Positions 13,881 to 25,235 of a DNA stretch of 58,190 nt are shown one piece after another. Origin of the DNA: Octopus bimaculoides (lineage: Eukaryota). The stretch covers positions 102,090,941-102,149,130 of the forward strand of contig NC_068981.1 in assembly GCF_001194135.2 (NCBI RefSeq). Reading direction: 5' to 3'. A program made the translations under genes and the position numbers. Within the stretch, counting starts at the first letter, position 1; each line of letters begins with the position of its first letter. The notes under the pieces were generated by a model. That model saw only the letters and a list, made by a program, of their open reading frames with translations, made no database searches and had not been told where the DNA came from.

Positions 13881-14794
13881 GGATGATAGTCAATTCAAAT
13901 TCTTTAATTTTTCCTTACATAAAAGAATAACAAGAAAAAAAAAAATAGTGTCATTGCTCTAAGTAAAACAAAAAAAAAATTATTAAAATATATATATATA
14001 GAATATATGAAACATTACAGTTCAAATTTGCTTAGTCTTTCATTGTAAATTTGATAATTAGTTTCAGATAATCGATAGCTTTTAGTGTCATATAAAATAT
14101 AATTTAAGAAAAAAATATATTTTAAGGATCAATAATTGAAGACAAATAATAAGAAAACAATGGTGAAGAAAATATTCCAGGAATAACTGATAATAAATAA
14201 AAGATAAAAAGATAAATCCTATTTTTTCCTCTTCTGAAAAAAAAAAAAAAAAAAAAAAAAAAGAAGAAGAAATATTTGACATTGATTTTGTGTAATATTC
14301 TTTATGTAAATATAAAACTTAACAACAATCAAGATGGATGTATTTCTCAAAATAAAAATTCTATAATGCATTTACCAAAAGAAGAAACAAAAAATATGAA
14401 AATTAAATTAAAAAATTATAATCACTCAGTGTTTGCATAGAAAGTATAGAGCAGGAAGGAGAAAAAATAATTGCATACCGTGTATATATGAAAAAGTATT
14501 CAGAAAAATAAAATATGATTATAAGAAATGTAAAAAATATCTCCTCAGTTAAGACAGCAGTTTTCAAACAATGTGTGTATAGAACACTAAGAAAGCAAGA
14601 TTAATTTCTAAACATACTTGTCTGACCTGCAACCACATGCATATATACACATTACAATTGTAATAATTAAACAAAAAAGAAATTTATTTGAGTTGTTCAT
14701 AAGATCATAGTGAAGTGTACTTAATGGCATCTTCATCATTAACATCATCACCTTGTCATCATGATCAATATAATCATCAGCATTAATGCCTGCT

Positions 14795-15000
14795 GTTGCT
14801 GTTTAACCCCAGGCCAACCATGCTTGAATACATTTATAATCAAAAGCATTCTAGTCACACCCATCTTCTCTTTCTCTCCAACTTTTTTCTCCAGAGAATA
14901 TATCTTGAACTATATCATCCAATATTACCTTCCTTTTTAACACAGTAAGACATGTTTTGAGGAAGGTTTGGTTACCATTTCTTGCACATTGACTCCTAAT
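14795..15000 (-). mobile_element. Dispersed (AAC)n-tailed repeat family C (SINE-like)
   Basis: The motifs tgttgtttaacccc and agcagccaaatctccctcaaatcacacc recur at ~7863-7960, 8864-8960, 9068-9140, 11560-11720, 18960-19050, 34060-34130, 39585-39760 and 49125-49165. Confidence 0.55.
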
Positions 15001-15566
15001 ACTTATCCATATCCTTTTTTAATGCAGCTATGTGTTGAACAACTTAAAATATATTTTGATCCTAGTTATGGTTATTTCAATTCACTTACTCCAATTAAAT
15101 ACATTTGAGAACCACATGAATGTTGCAGCTAATTTTCCTTTCTCTTTTAAATCAATATCAATGGATGCCAATGATCATCTAAGGCCAAACAAGTCTCTAT
15201 TGTTGAAAAGGATAAAAAAAATAACAAACGAAAATATTCTTTCCCTATGAAGTTTCAGCCTCTTCTACAGTCACCAACTCTTAAAGTGTGAGTTGTTCTA
15301 GCTATTCTGAGCTTGTGGAGATTTACAGTTATATCAATAAGGTATTCTATCCTTTCTGACATTACAAATACTTGCTGCCTATCATGGCCAATTCTGAAGG
15401 AATGATAGAGAGAGACAAATTTAGTCTCCAGTACTCAACAGATACTTTATATATCAACCCTGAAAGGATGAAGATGATCTTAGCAGGATTTGAACTCAGA
15501 ACACAGAAATTTGAAACAATTATTGCAGTACATTCTATCCAATACTCTACTGACCATCAATCCACA

Positions 15567-16420
15567 GGCTTTCATTGCATGGCAAATTTTCAAGAAGAGG
15601 GGAAATGAAAATAATGTTTTTTACAAAAATATAAAAAATATATAAAAAAAATAAATATACCAATACATTATGTTGTCTTTGAGTTTTTAAAGTTCAATGG
15701 TAATCCATGTAGATAATTGTTAGATAGATTAGGATGTATGGAATTAAGAATCGTGTTGTGTTTAAAAAAGGCTGAGAGCTTATGTGTTAAACAGGAAGTG
15801 TGGTGTCAAAACAGGAAGTGTGTGTAAGGGAAGACAATTCTGTGGGTTTTATACTCTTTAGTTGGAGTTCTGGACTGAGTGGAATTTGGCGGTAGTGGCC
15901 ACATAGACTCTTGCACCAAATTCCTTCTATTCCCTTTCTATCAATGTAAAGACAGAATCTCTACACAAGAAATAATCAACAAGGAGAATCTTTTTATAGA
16001 CAAATTCCAAACGCTTCTTAACATACAAACTCCTCGGTGACCATATTCCCTTCTCTCGCCTACCCATGGAAATACATATAAACTTACTTCTTGTTTCTCT
16101 AAGAACAGACATAAACTTCCTGTTGACAAAGAGTCCAGAACTCCAACTAAAGAGTATAACACCCACAGAATTGTCTTCCCTTACTCACACTTCCTGTTTA
16201 ACACATAAACTCTCAGCTTTTTTTAAACACAACACGATTCTAAATTCCATGCATCCTAATCTACCTAACAATTATCTACATGGATTACCATTGAACTTTA
16301 AAAACTCAAAGACAATATAATGTATTGGTATATTTATTTTTTTACATATTTTTTACATTTTTGTAAAAAACATTATTTTCATTTCCTCTTTTCTTGAAAA
16401 TTTGCCAGGCAATGAAAGCC
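15567..16420. mobile_element. Foldback element 1: long inverted arms, non-coding
   Basis: The left arm 15567-15876 is the reverse complement of the right arm 16132-16420, with scattered mismatches and an extra aaacaggaagtgtg on the left. The spacer is 255 bp. No TSD was recognised. Confidence 0.9.
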
Positions 16421-16478
16421 GGTTAGAAATCTATATTAAAATATGCTTTCAGTTTAGCATTCTGCCTTNNNNNNNNNN

Positions 16479-16514
<36 letters not shown>

Positions 16515-17497
16515 GGACAAATAGAAATTCCACAGAACGAAAAAGATTAAGAGAAGTTATTTAAGAAAGGATGATTTGCATTTTTAAAAGTTATTTCACT
16601 TCCAGTCATAATAATATATTATATGATTTTAAAATTTCCCCCTGCTAAACACTTTATATTTCTTTCCTTCTCTTTACTTCTTCAACAAACTTTTTAACTA
16701 TGTAATTCTCCTCTTCATGTCTTTAACATTTCTCTCTTTCTTTTCATCTCTTGCTTCCACTAACCACATGAGTGACAGCACAACGCATTGGCTGGCTATC
16801 TGCCCTCTCACTCACTCTCACATTCCCTCCTCCTCTCTAACAAACTAAAGCATAAAGTGTGAATGAACAAGAAGAAGAATTTTATAGATTAAGTTCAATA
16901 AAAAAAATACTTTTCACTATCAACACACCACCACCATCATCACTATAGTTTTCAGTAACAAAGCTCATTTCATTTTAGCTGTTTGTTTATATCTACTTTT
17001 TCTTGCTGTCAATGTATCTTTACTCTGACAATAAAACCGCTATCTGCCCCTCTCTCTTTCTCTCTCAGTTAAACTACCTCCTCTGTCCATCTCCCTCTAT
17101 CTGCCTTTCCAGCACATCATCCTCTGCTAAATATTGTATCCTAAACATATATCTTTCTCTTTCCCTCCCCACCCTACAGCAACATTTCTCTTTCTCTCTT
17201 ACAGTCTCATTCTCTTGTTCTTCACCTCTTCTTTCAACTAACCACAAGACGCATTTGGCCTTAGTATATTATTATACTCCTCTCTTCTTTCTTCTCTATT
17301 CACATGCCCCCTCTCTTTCACACTATCACCCTACCTCTTATTCACTTCACTGCCACCTCTAAGGTATAACAGGCTAACGAACAAGCAGGTTATTATATAG
17401 ATATTCAAATTAGAATAAACTATTTCTTGTCATTACTGATTTATTGATACATCACAAGAGACTTTATTTTCCTGGGATTCAAGAAAAATTATTCTAG

Positions 17498-17578
17498 AAT
17501 GGTTACCCCATCAGATGAAAGTTCAAGCTCAGTTATGTAAGCTAAAAACTAACCAAAACAAAGCTGCAAATGGTGGTG
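17498..17578 (+). CDS. Candidate internal exon (81 nt, phase 1-1), WLPHQMKVQAQLCKLKTNQNKAANGG
   Basis: Acceptor attattctag, donor GTG/gtaagt, and an open frame. No homology was recognised. Confidence 0.3.
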
Positions 17579-17915
17579 GTAAGTTCTAGAAAGCTGCTAA
17601 AAACTGAGCTCAATAGATCTCATTTTTATTACCTGAGCTATATCTGCAAAAAGTTAAAATCAGTTCTGCTGCAAGCTTAGAAAATCAACATTTTTAGAAC
17701 TGCTAATGATTTCTCTTAGCAAAACTGAATTGTTTCCAACATGTCATGCCTGTAAATAATTAAGTGAAGTGGATAACTGGAGAGTTGAGTCCCATAACCA
17801 TGGATATAAAGCAGGGTCAGTGATATGGTATGAATGTCTAATTGGCTAACTTCTAGATTGGTTATCCATTTTTCTATGAATTGGGTCATTTGTGGTCCTT
17901 TTCTGCTTACTGTAG

Positions 17916-17970
17916 TCTGCAGTAACTCTGAATACCATGGGACATGGAAGTTTATGAGAGTTTGACTAAG
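17916..17970 (+). CDS. Candidate exon ending MEVYESLTK
   Basis: Acceptor ccttttctgcttactgtag and donor AAG/gtacag. The ATG at 17944 is in the context gacATGG, with in-frame stops upstream of it. Confidence 0.3.
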
Positions 17971-18161
17971 GTACAGTACATTGCCAAATATGGGATATAA
18001 ATATTTGGCCCTTAAGGTGGCTATGCTGGTGCCCATCTGATTTAGCTAACTGCAGCTCTAAGTTTGAAGTGAATAAGTTCTCAAATAAATCAAACCATTA
18101 TTTGAACTAATATCTTGTAAATTAAAATAATTCTGTTTTCCTCCTTTCATTTGCAATTTAG

Positions 18162-18212
18162 CAGTACATTGAAGAAATAGATGAGGCCAAAAATGAAATT
18201 GTAAAGTTAAAG
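18162..18212 (+). CDS. Candidate exon QYIEEIDEAKNEIVKLK (coiled-coil-like)
   Basis: Strong acceptor ttctgttttcctcctttcatttgcaatttag, in phase with the preceding exon. The donor is weak (gttgta); alternatively the frame reads through to TAA at 18228-18230. Confidence 0.35.
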
Positions 18213-19048
18213 GTTGTATCGATAAAATAAACTGAATACTGTTACAACAAAAATAAATAAAAAGTTATGAAAAAGGAATTAAAAGATTAACAAAAATTAT
18301 ATCCAGATATAAAAAAAAATCATTTCAAATGTAAAAATCTTGTTCTGTTTTAATATATTTTCTTTTTTGTAAATATTTCAATTGGCCAGTCAATGTTTCT
18401 GTTAACCTAATTTTAAAATAAAATAAAGAAAAATTCAAGATATCATTGTTTTTCAGTCAAACTAATTTCAACTGAAAATTTTGTATTTTTATTTTTATCT
18501 TTTTGACTGGAAATTTGAATTATAGAAAAGAAAACGGAATTATCAACATTTCCTCTATTCAATGTAGTAGGAAATATCATTTCATTATTGATTTGTTAAG
18601 AAGCAGACAATGCTATATTGTCAATGTGAAAACTCTTTGATAATCAAGAAATCAATTACAATAATTCAATAGGAAAAATTATATTGCAGTAATATGCAAA
18701 TTAACCTAAATAGCATATGATCATTTTTAGAAATGTTTTCCTTTACATTTGGATTTTTTTATTCCCAGGAAGGGCATGTATTGTTTTTAAATTATTGATC
18801 ACACATAGCCACAGCTGACCAAGTCAATAAGACAGTCAGCTTGTATCCTGTCACAAATATACCATTGAGTATCCATAGCAAAACACTTAACTTTCCTTCC
18901 ATTAATCTCTCTCTCTCTCTCTCTTCCAATGGCAGTGTCCATCAAGTGTAAATAAGCTGTTGTTGACATTGTTGTTTAACCACAGCTCAATCTTCACTGA
19001 GTAGGCCTATAATGGAAGGGGTTACAACTATGACCATTCCATATTTTT

Positions 19049-19277
19049 TTACCCTTTTAGTATTTAGATTTTTCTGTCAAAGGTAATGCTTATTTATTCA
19101 CATTGTTTTGAATTAATTAGACATTATCTTGTAGCTTTGAGAGTTCAATAATGTGATTGTTGCAGTTTCAGAATGACATTGTAGGGTAGGTGTGAGAGAT
19201 CATATCTGGCTGGTTAGAACATAAAACAGATAAAATATTTGGGCCAGATATAGCTGGTTTAAATGCTATAGAGTGAA
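19049..19277 (+). mobile_element. piggyBac-like MITE, degenerate
   Basis: The ends resemble ttaacccttt...aaagggttaa (here tttacccttttag...aaatgctatagagtgaa). Confidence 0.45.
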
Positions 19278-19738
19278 GACATTCAAGTGAGATTTAAAAT
19301 AGATTTGGCTTCTAACAGATCAAGCAATCATATAAAGTCACTATCATTGGCTCAACTGTAAATATACATGTCATGAGTAAGGTACAGTTCCCAATATAAT
19401 TTTTGAGGCTGTAGGTGGTTAACTTATATTGTAGACGACACAGATCACAAATATTGCAATTTCTCAACTGTCAAAGATACCATAATCCAGCAAGTCATAC
19501 AAAGCTAGCTAAGTAACAATTCATTTGAAGGATTAATGGTTAACGATGTGGAAATTATCTTTGCATAAGTAGGCATAATGTAGGTGAACAAAACAATTGA
19601 TTGTTATTGTTCTTCTTATTATTGTTATTTTAATCCTTTTAATCTATCTCATTTGTCATGGTTTTCGCTTGTAAGAGAAGTAGAATATCTGAATATTAAC
19701 TAATTATTGTAGTGTTAAGTGTCAACAACAATTTAGTA

Positions 19739-19850
19739 GAGGGATCCCCAATATTTTTTGCACCACAGATTGGTTTCATGCAAGACAATTTTTACAATGA
19801 CCAAGGGATCATGTGCATAATAAGACACAATAAAGTGCACAATATATAAT
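19739..19850 (+). mobile_element. hAT-Charlie MITE fragment resembling MER1
   Basis: gagggatccccaatattttttgcaccacagattggtttcatgcaagacaattttt and aagtgcacaata resemble the recalled MER1 consensus. Confidence 0.45.
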
Positions 19851-19910
19851 TTTGATTGTTATTGAAGGGTATAGTCAAACAAGTCAATACACACACACAC
19901 ACACACACAC

Positions 19911-19946
<36 letters not shown>

Positions 19947-20572
19947 NNNNNNNNNNNNNNNNNNNNNNNNNNNNNNNNNNNNNNNNNNNNNNNNNNNNNN
20001 NNNNNNNNNNNNNNNNNNNNNNNNNNNNNNNNNNNNNNNNNNNNNNNNNNNNNNNNNNNNNNNNNNNNNNNNNNNNNNNNNNNNNNNNNNNNNNNNNNNN
20101 NNNNNNNNNNNNNNNNNNNNNNNNNNNNNNNNNNNNNNNNNNNNNNNNNNNNNNNNNNNNNNNNNNNNNNNNNNNNNNNNNNNNNNNNNNNNNNNNNNNN
20201 NNNNNNNNNNNNNNNNNNNNNNNNNNNNNNNNNNNNNNNNNNNNNNNNNNNNNNNNNNNNNNNNNNNNNNNNNNNNNNNNNNNNNNNNNNNNNNNNNNNN
20301 NNNNNNNNNNNNNNNNNNNNNNNNNNNNNNNNNNNNNNNNNNNNNNNNNNNNNNNNNNNNNNNNNNNNNNNNNNNNNNNNNNNNNNNNNNNNNNNNNNNN
20401 NNNNNNNNNNNNNNNNNNNNNNNNNNNNNNNNNNNNNNNNNNNNNNNNNNNNNNNNNNNNNNNNNNNNNNNNNNNNNNNNNNNNNNNNNNNNNNNNNNNN
20501 NNNNNNNNNNNNNNNNNNNNNNNNNNNNNNNNNNNNNNNNNNNNNNNNNNNNNNNNNNNNNNNNNNNNNNNN

Positions 20573-20607
<35 letters not shown>

Positions 20608-20907
20608 CAGGCTTCTTTTAGTTTCTGTATACCAAATCCATTCACAAGGCTTTGGTCAGCCTGAGGCTATAGTACAAGACACTTGCCCAAGGTGCCATGC
20701 AGTGGGACTGAATCTGGAACTATGTGGTTGGGAAGCAAGCTTCTTACTACACAGCCACATCTGTGCCTATGTTTATGAAAATTCTATTATACTGAACACA
20801 TATCTAAGAAAAAAATTACTAATTAATAAGTCAGTGGAAAATATTAGGTACAGATTATGTAAGAGAGCTACGATAGCTTTGTATCTTTGCTGAATTAGGC
20901 AACTTAA

Positions 20908-21098
20908 TCCTTTGGTTGTCATATTTCTTTGCATCAATCAATTAATTTTGAAAATAATAAAGAATTCAATAAAATAAAATAACTGTCATGTTAAGCTGAA
21001 GTTTGGAATATAAATTAACACGAAATTTCAATGGAAAGTTTGAAATCAGATTAACTTTAAAAAGCTGGGACTTTCTCAGATGGGTTGCTATCAGTGGG
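20908..21098 (+). mobile_element. piggyBac-like MITE (TTAA target)
   Basis: TTAA at 20904-20907 and 21099-21102, imperfect TIRs tcctttg...gtggg, and a body related to 21414-21633. Confidence 0.6.
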
Positions 21099-21382
21099 TT
21101 AAATCAATGTAATTAACATTGAAAATTCGCAGTACAGTAACAAAGCTGTAAAAATACATAAATAAATAAATAAAATAAAAGAAAAGGTATTTTTGTAGGT
21201 GCAGGTATGGATGTGTGCTTCAGAAGCTTGCTTTCAAATCACATGGTTTCAGGTTCAGTCACAGAGCACAGCACCTTGGGCAGGTGTTTTCTACTATAAG
21301 TCCTGGGACAACCCACTGCCTTGTCGGAGAATTTGTAGACAAGAAACTGTGTGGAAGCCCATCACACACACACACACACTCA

Positions 21383-21822
21383 TGAGGGGGTGTTGAAAAG
21401 TTCCTGGCTTTAACCCTTTCGTTACTGTATTTATTTTGAGATCTTCTGTGTTTCTTTCAATTGCTTTAAATATAACAAAGAATTTAGTAAAATAACTTAG
21501 TTATCATTAAGCTAGTGTTAGGAACATAAATTGTGACTAAGGTTTGGTGGAAGATTTTAATTCAAAACTTATGAAAACAAGACATTTGCACTCAGAGCCA
21601 GAGCATGTTTCAGCTGGGTTGGTAACGAAAGGGTTAAGGATGTCGCAAACGGCCTGGCTGGAGGCCCAAACTTCCGGGTTCTTTAACAAGGCTTAGGAAA
21701 ACTGAAGGACTGCTGCAATAAGTGTGTGAATCTAAGAGGGGAATATGTTGACTAAAATCATAATTAACTGATCCTTCTGTATTTTCTTTTACACAAAGCC
21801 AGGAACTTTTCAGCACCCTTCA
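21383..21822 (+). mobile_element. Non-autonomous mariner (internally deleted)
   Basis: TIRs tgagggggtgttgaaaagttcctggcttt / aaagccaggaacttttcagcacccttca. It retains the transposase C-terminus GLGKLKDCCNKCVNLRGEYVD*. Confidence 0.85.
21414..21633. mobile_element. piggyBac-like MITE inside the mariner
   Basis: TTAA|CCCTTTCGTTAC...GTAACGAAAGGG|TTAA: a perfect 12 bp TIR, with the TSD at 21410-21413 and 21634-21637. Confidence 0.9.
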
Positions 21823-22751
21823 TGCATGCATGCATGTATGTATGCATGTGTATGTATGTATGCACGTCTGTCTGTCTGTATGTATGTATGTGTGTGTGTA
21901 TGCATGTGTATGTACGTATGCACATGTCTGTATGTATGTATGTATGCATGTGTGTATGCATGTGTATGTATGTTTTTGTCTCCCCCATCATTTGACAACC
22001 AGTGTTGGTTTATTTGCATCCCATAACTTTGTAGTTCAGAAAAGAGACTGATAGAATAAGTAACCAGACTTAAAAATATAAGTATTGGGGGTCAACTTGT
22101 TTGACTAAAACCCTTCAAGGCAGAGTCCAAGCATGACCACAGTCGAATGAGTGAAACAAATAAAAGAATAAATTAATCACTAATTTTGCTTTTCATGCTT
22201 CTAAGGACATATTTATAATTTGGAAACTTGACAATTCCTCCTCTGCACAGGATTTTATTTTCATAAATGGCCAAATAATAGCAAATATGAAGAGACCTAA
22301 AGTAGCTAAAACTGAATAATCAAAAGCCAGCACTTTACTGTTTCCTCACTGAGATACTGTTTCTTCATTGTTATTTCTTTCATGACGACAAAGCCAATCT
22401 TTAAGCTAATTCTAGCTTAAGGCCAGAGATTAATATCACTTGTAATTAACTCAATAGCAAAGATTTACTATGCTCTATCTGCAATCCTCTCAATAATTAA
22501 TTTTCCCTGCTGACATATCATAAATGAAATGTCAGCAAATGTTAGACATGAACGACTTGGACAAATTCAGAGGAAGCATCATAGGTTACAAAGCTAACTT
22601 CCTAACCATGTGGTCTTGAGTTGAATCCCACTGTATAGCACCCTGAGTGTCTTCTACTCTACCCCCAGGTCAAACAAAGGCTTGTGAATGAATTTGGTAG
22701 GTGGAAACTGAAAGAAGTCTGTTGTATATATATATATATATATTATATATA

Positions 22752-23617
22752 CATGGTGCGGTGAATAAACTGTCGTCTAAATTACACAAAAATGAAAATA
22801 ACACAGACATCACATTTTAACAGATATATTTACCAAAATTACATAAAAATATCTTGAAATACTAAAGAGTAAATTTATTCAATAAAATCGCCATTGGCTT
22901 CAACCACGGCCTCCAGACGACTTCAGAATCTCCTGCAACTCTTCTGGATGGTTTCCTTGTTTAAGTTGGTGAATGCTGCCATAATTCTTGCCTTCAGTTT
23001 ATCTTTGGTGTTACAAGGAGTTTTCTTGCTCTCTTGCTCATCTGCACCCCAGACAAGAATCAAGAGGGTTGCAGTCTGGGGAGTTAGGTGGCCAGATGTT
23101 AGGGGTGATGTGATTGCAGAAATTGTCAAACAGGCATGACTGGGCTTTCCTGCTTGTGTGGCATGGTGCAGAGTCCTGTAACAAGACATAAGTTACCAGA
23201 GTCCCGTTACCTCTTCACCCTGGGCAGCACTACCTCCTCCAGACACTTGATGTAGGCCTCCATGTTGAGTCTGAGGCTGTGTGGGAAGATGAATAGAGGC
23301 ATGACGTTGTCACCACTAGTGATCGCTCCAAACACCATGATGTTGACTGAATATTTGATTTTTATCACTTTTGGGACATGTCCTCAGATTGACACCCAAA
23401 CACTCTGAAGTGTTTGTATTGGAGCTTCCAGTATGAATGCCAAACAGTACAGCATGTCATTTCCTAATTTCTGGCAGAGTGAATTGCATCATGGTACTGT
23501 TTTTCCTAAAGATGGTGCCCAACTGACCCTACTATACTGTGTAGTTGACAAAATCAAAAATAAACTATGTGTATGCGTGAAAATATAAAATAGCGGCAAT
23601 TTACCCATTGCACCCTG
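22752..23617 (-). mobile_element. maT (DD37D) Tc1/mariner element, internally deleted, pseudogenised transposase
   Basis: TA-flanked imperfect TIRs. The minus strand encodes HAVLFGIHTGSSNTNTSECLGVNLRT joined to IMVFGAITS...QDSAPCHTSRKAQS...WPPNSPDCNPLD (37 residues between the D of QDS and the D of NPLD) and ...RLEAVVEANGDFIE*. Confidence 0.9.
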
Positions 23618-23851
23618 TATATACGTTTATTCTTATCTTTTACTTGTTTCAGTCATTTGACTGCGGTCATGCTGGAGCACCACCTTGAGAGAGCTTTAGT
23701 CGAACAAATTGAACATAGGACTCATTTTTTAAGCCTAGTAATTTTTATGTCGATTCCTTTTGCCGAACCACTAGGTTACAGGGGCCTAATACACCAACAC
23801 CAGTTGTCAAGTGGTGATGAGGAGACATACACACATATATACATACATACA

Positions 23852-24576
23852 TTGGGTTGACAACTAAGTTTCCGCCATTTTTTTTTTTATTTTGGAATTT
23901 ATTGCGTTTTTAAGTTTTGGAATCTATTTTTTTGAGAATTCTATTTTGGAATCTATTTTGTTTTTTTTCTAATTAACTTTAGTTAATTTTTGTTTATTTT
24001 CAGATCATTAAAATGGAATGTCAAGTTAAGAAAAATGAGCATTTTCGACACTTCCGTCTTTTTGCATTTAATCAAGGTTCTAAGGCCGCAAAGCTGCTCG
24101 CGACATTTGTGCTGTGTATGGAGAGGGTGCCATAGCTGAAAAACTGCTCGTGATTGGTAAGCCAAGTTCAAAAATGGAAATTTTGACCTCAAACATGCAC
24201 CTCATTCTGGCCATCCAGTTGAGTTCAATGAAGAGCAATTAAACCAACTTTTGCAAGAAAATTCTTGTCAAACAATAAGGAACTGGCAGAGAAAATGGAA
24301 TGCTATAGAGAAGCATCTTGACTCGATGGGAGAGGTTCAGAAGTATGGAGCATGGGTTCAGCATGCTTTAAGTGACAACAACAAAAATTAACAAGCCACA
24401 ATCTCCGCTGGTTTACTTACTCATCACTGCTCAACTCATGGTCACAAGCAACAATTTCTTTACCGAATCATTACTGGCGAGGAAAAATGGTGCCTGTACA
24501 TCAATAGGAAGCAGTGTAAGGAATGGCTTAGCCCCAGTAAACAAGTGACACCGCGCGTGAAACAAGATCATCTGTT
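23852..24576 (+). mobile_element. Mariner (DD34D-type) 5' fragment, frameshifted transposase
   Basis: Left TIR ttgggttgacaactaagtt and ATG at 24013. Translated pieces MECQVKKNEHFRH, KFKNGNFDL, GAWVQHAL (WVPHEL motif) and RIITGEEKWCLY (TGDEKW motif). Truncated by a SINE body at ~24577. Confidence 0.9.
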
Positions 24577-25186
24577 CTGGAAATGAACAACTCGCTTATA
24601 TGATGATGTTCATTTGCAACCATGATGTGGTGTCTAGATATAGACACAAACACATACACCCATATATANNNNNNNNNNNNNNNNNNNNNNNNNNNNNNNN
24701 NNNNNNNNNNNNNNNNNNNNNNNNNNNNNNNNNNNNNNNNNNNNNNNNNNNNNNNNNNNNNNNNNNNNNNNNNNNNNNNNNNNNNNNNNNNNNNNNNNNN
24801 NNNNNNNNNNNNNNNNNNNNNNNNNNNNNNNNNNNNNNNNNNNNNNNNNNNNNNNNNNNNNNNNNNNNNNNNNNNNNNNNNNNNNNNNNNNNNNNNNNNN
24901 NNNNNNNNNNNNNNNNNNNNNNNNNNNNNNNNNNNNNNNNNNNNNNNNNNNNNNNNNNNNNNNNNNNNNNNNNNNNNNNNNNNNNNNNNNNNNNNNNNNN
25001 NNNNNNNNNNNNNNNNNNNNNNNNNNNNNNNNNNNNNNNNNNNNNNNNNNNNNNNNNNNNNNNNNNNNNNNNNNNNNNATATATATAGTATTAATTAATA
25101 GATGGATTTTGTATTAGACTTTTATTAGGCATTCTACTCAACATTTAAACACACTAATCAAGTTATACTTATTTGTCCAAATTGTT

Positions 25187-25235
<49 letters not shown>

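Larger units (their letters stand above)
21198..22170 (+). mobile_element. SINE B split by nested DNA transposons
   Basis: The head is at 21198-21362 and the remainder at ~21960-22170. Confidence 0.8.

Noticed and set aside
17633-17643. 11-nt minus-strand micro-exon with good splice sites
   Set aside because: It is isolated, not frame-preserving, and expected by chance.
17716-18036. 106-aa minus-strand ORF
   Set aside because: No recognisable domain, and it is antisense to the plus-strand exon candidates.
19852-20893. Long ORFs spanning N runs (also at 7.0-7.4, 24.6-25.1, 41.0-41.7, 52.3-52.6 and 53.9-54.5 kb)
   Set aside because: They are open only because gaps translate as X.
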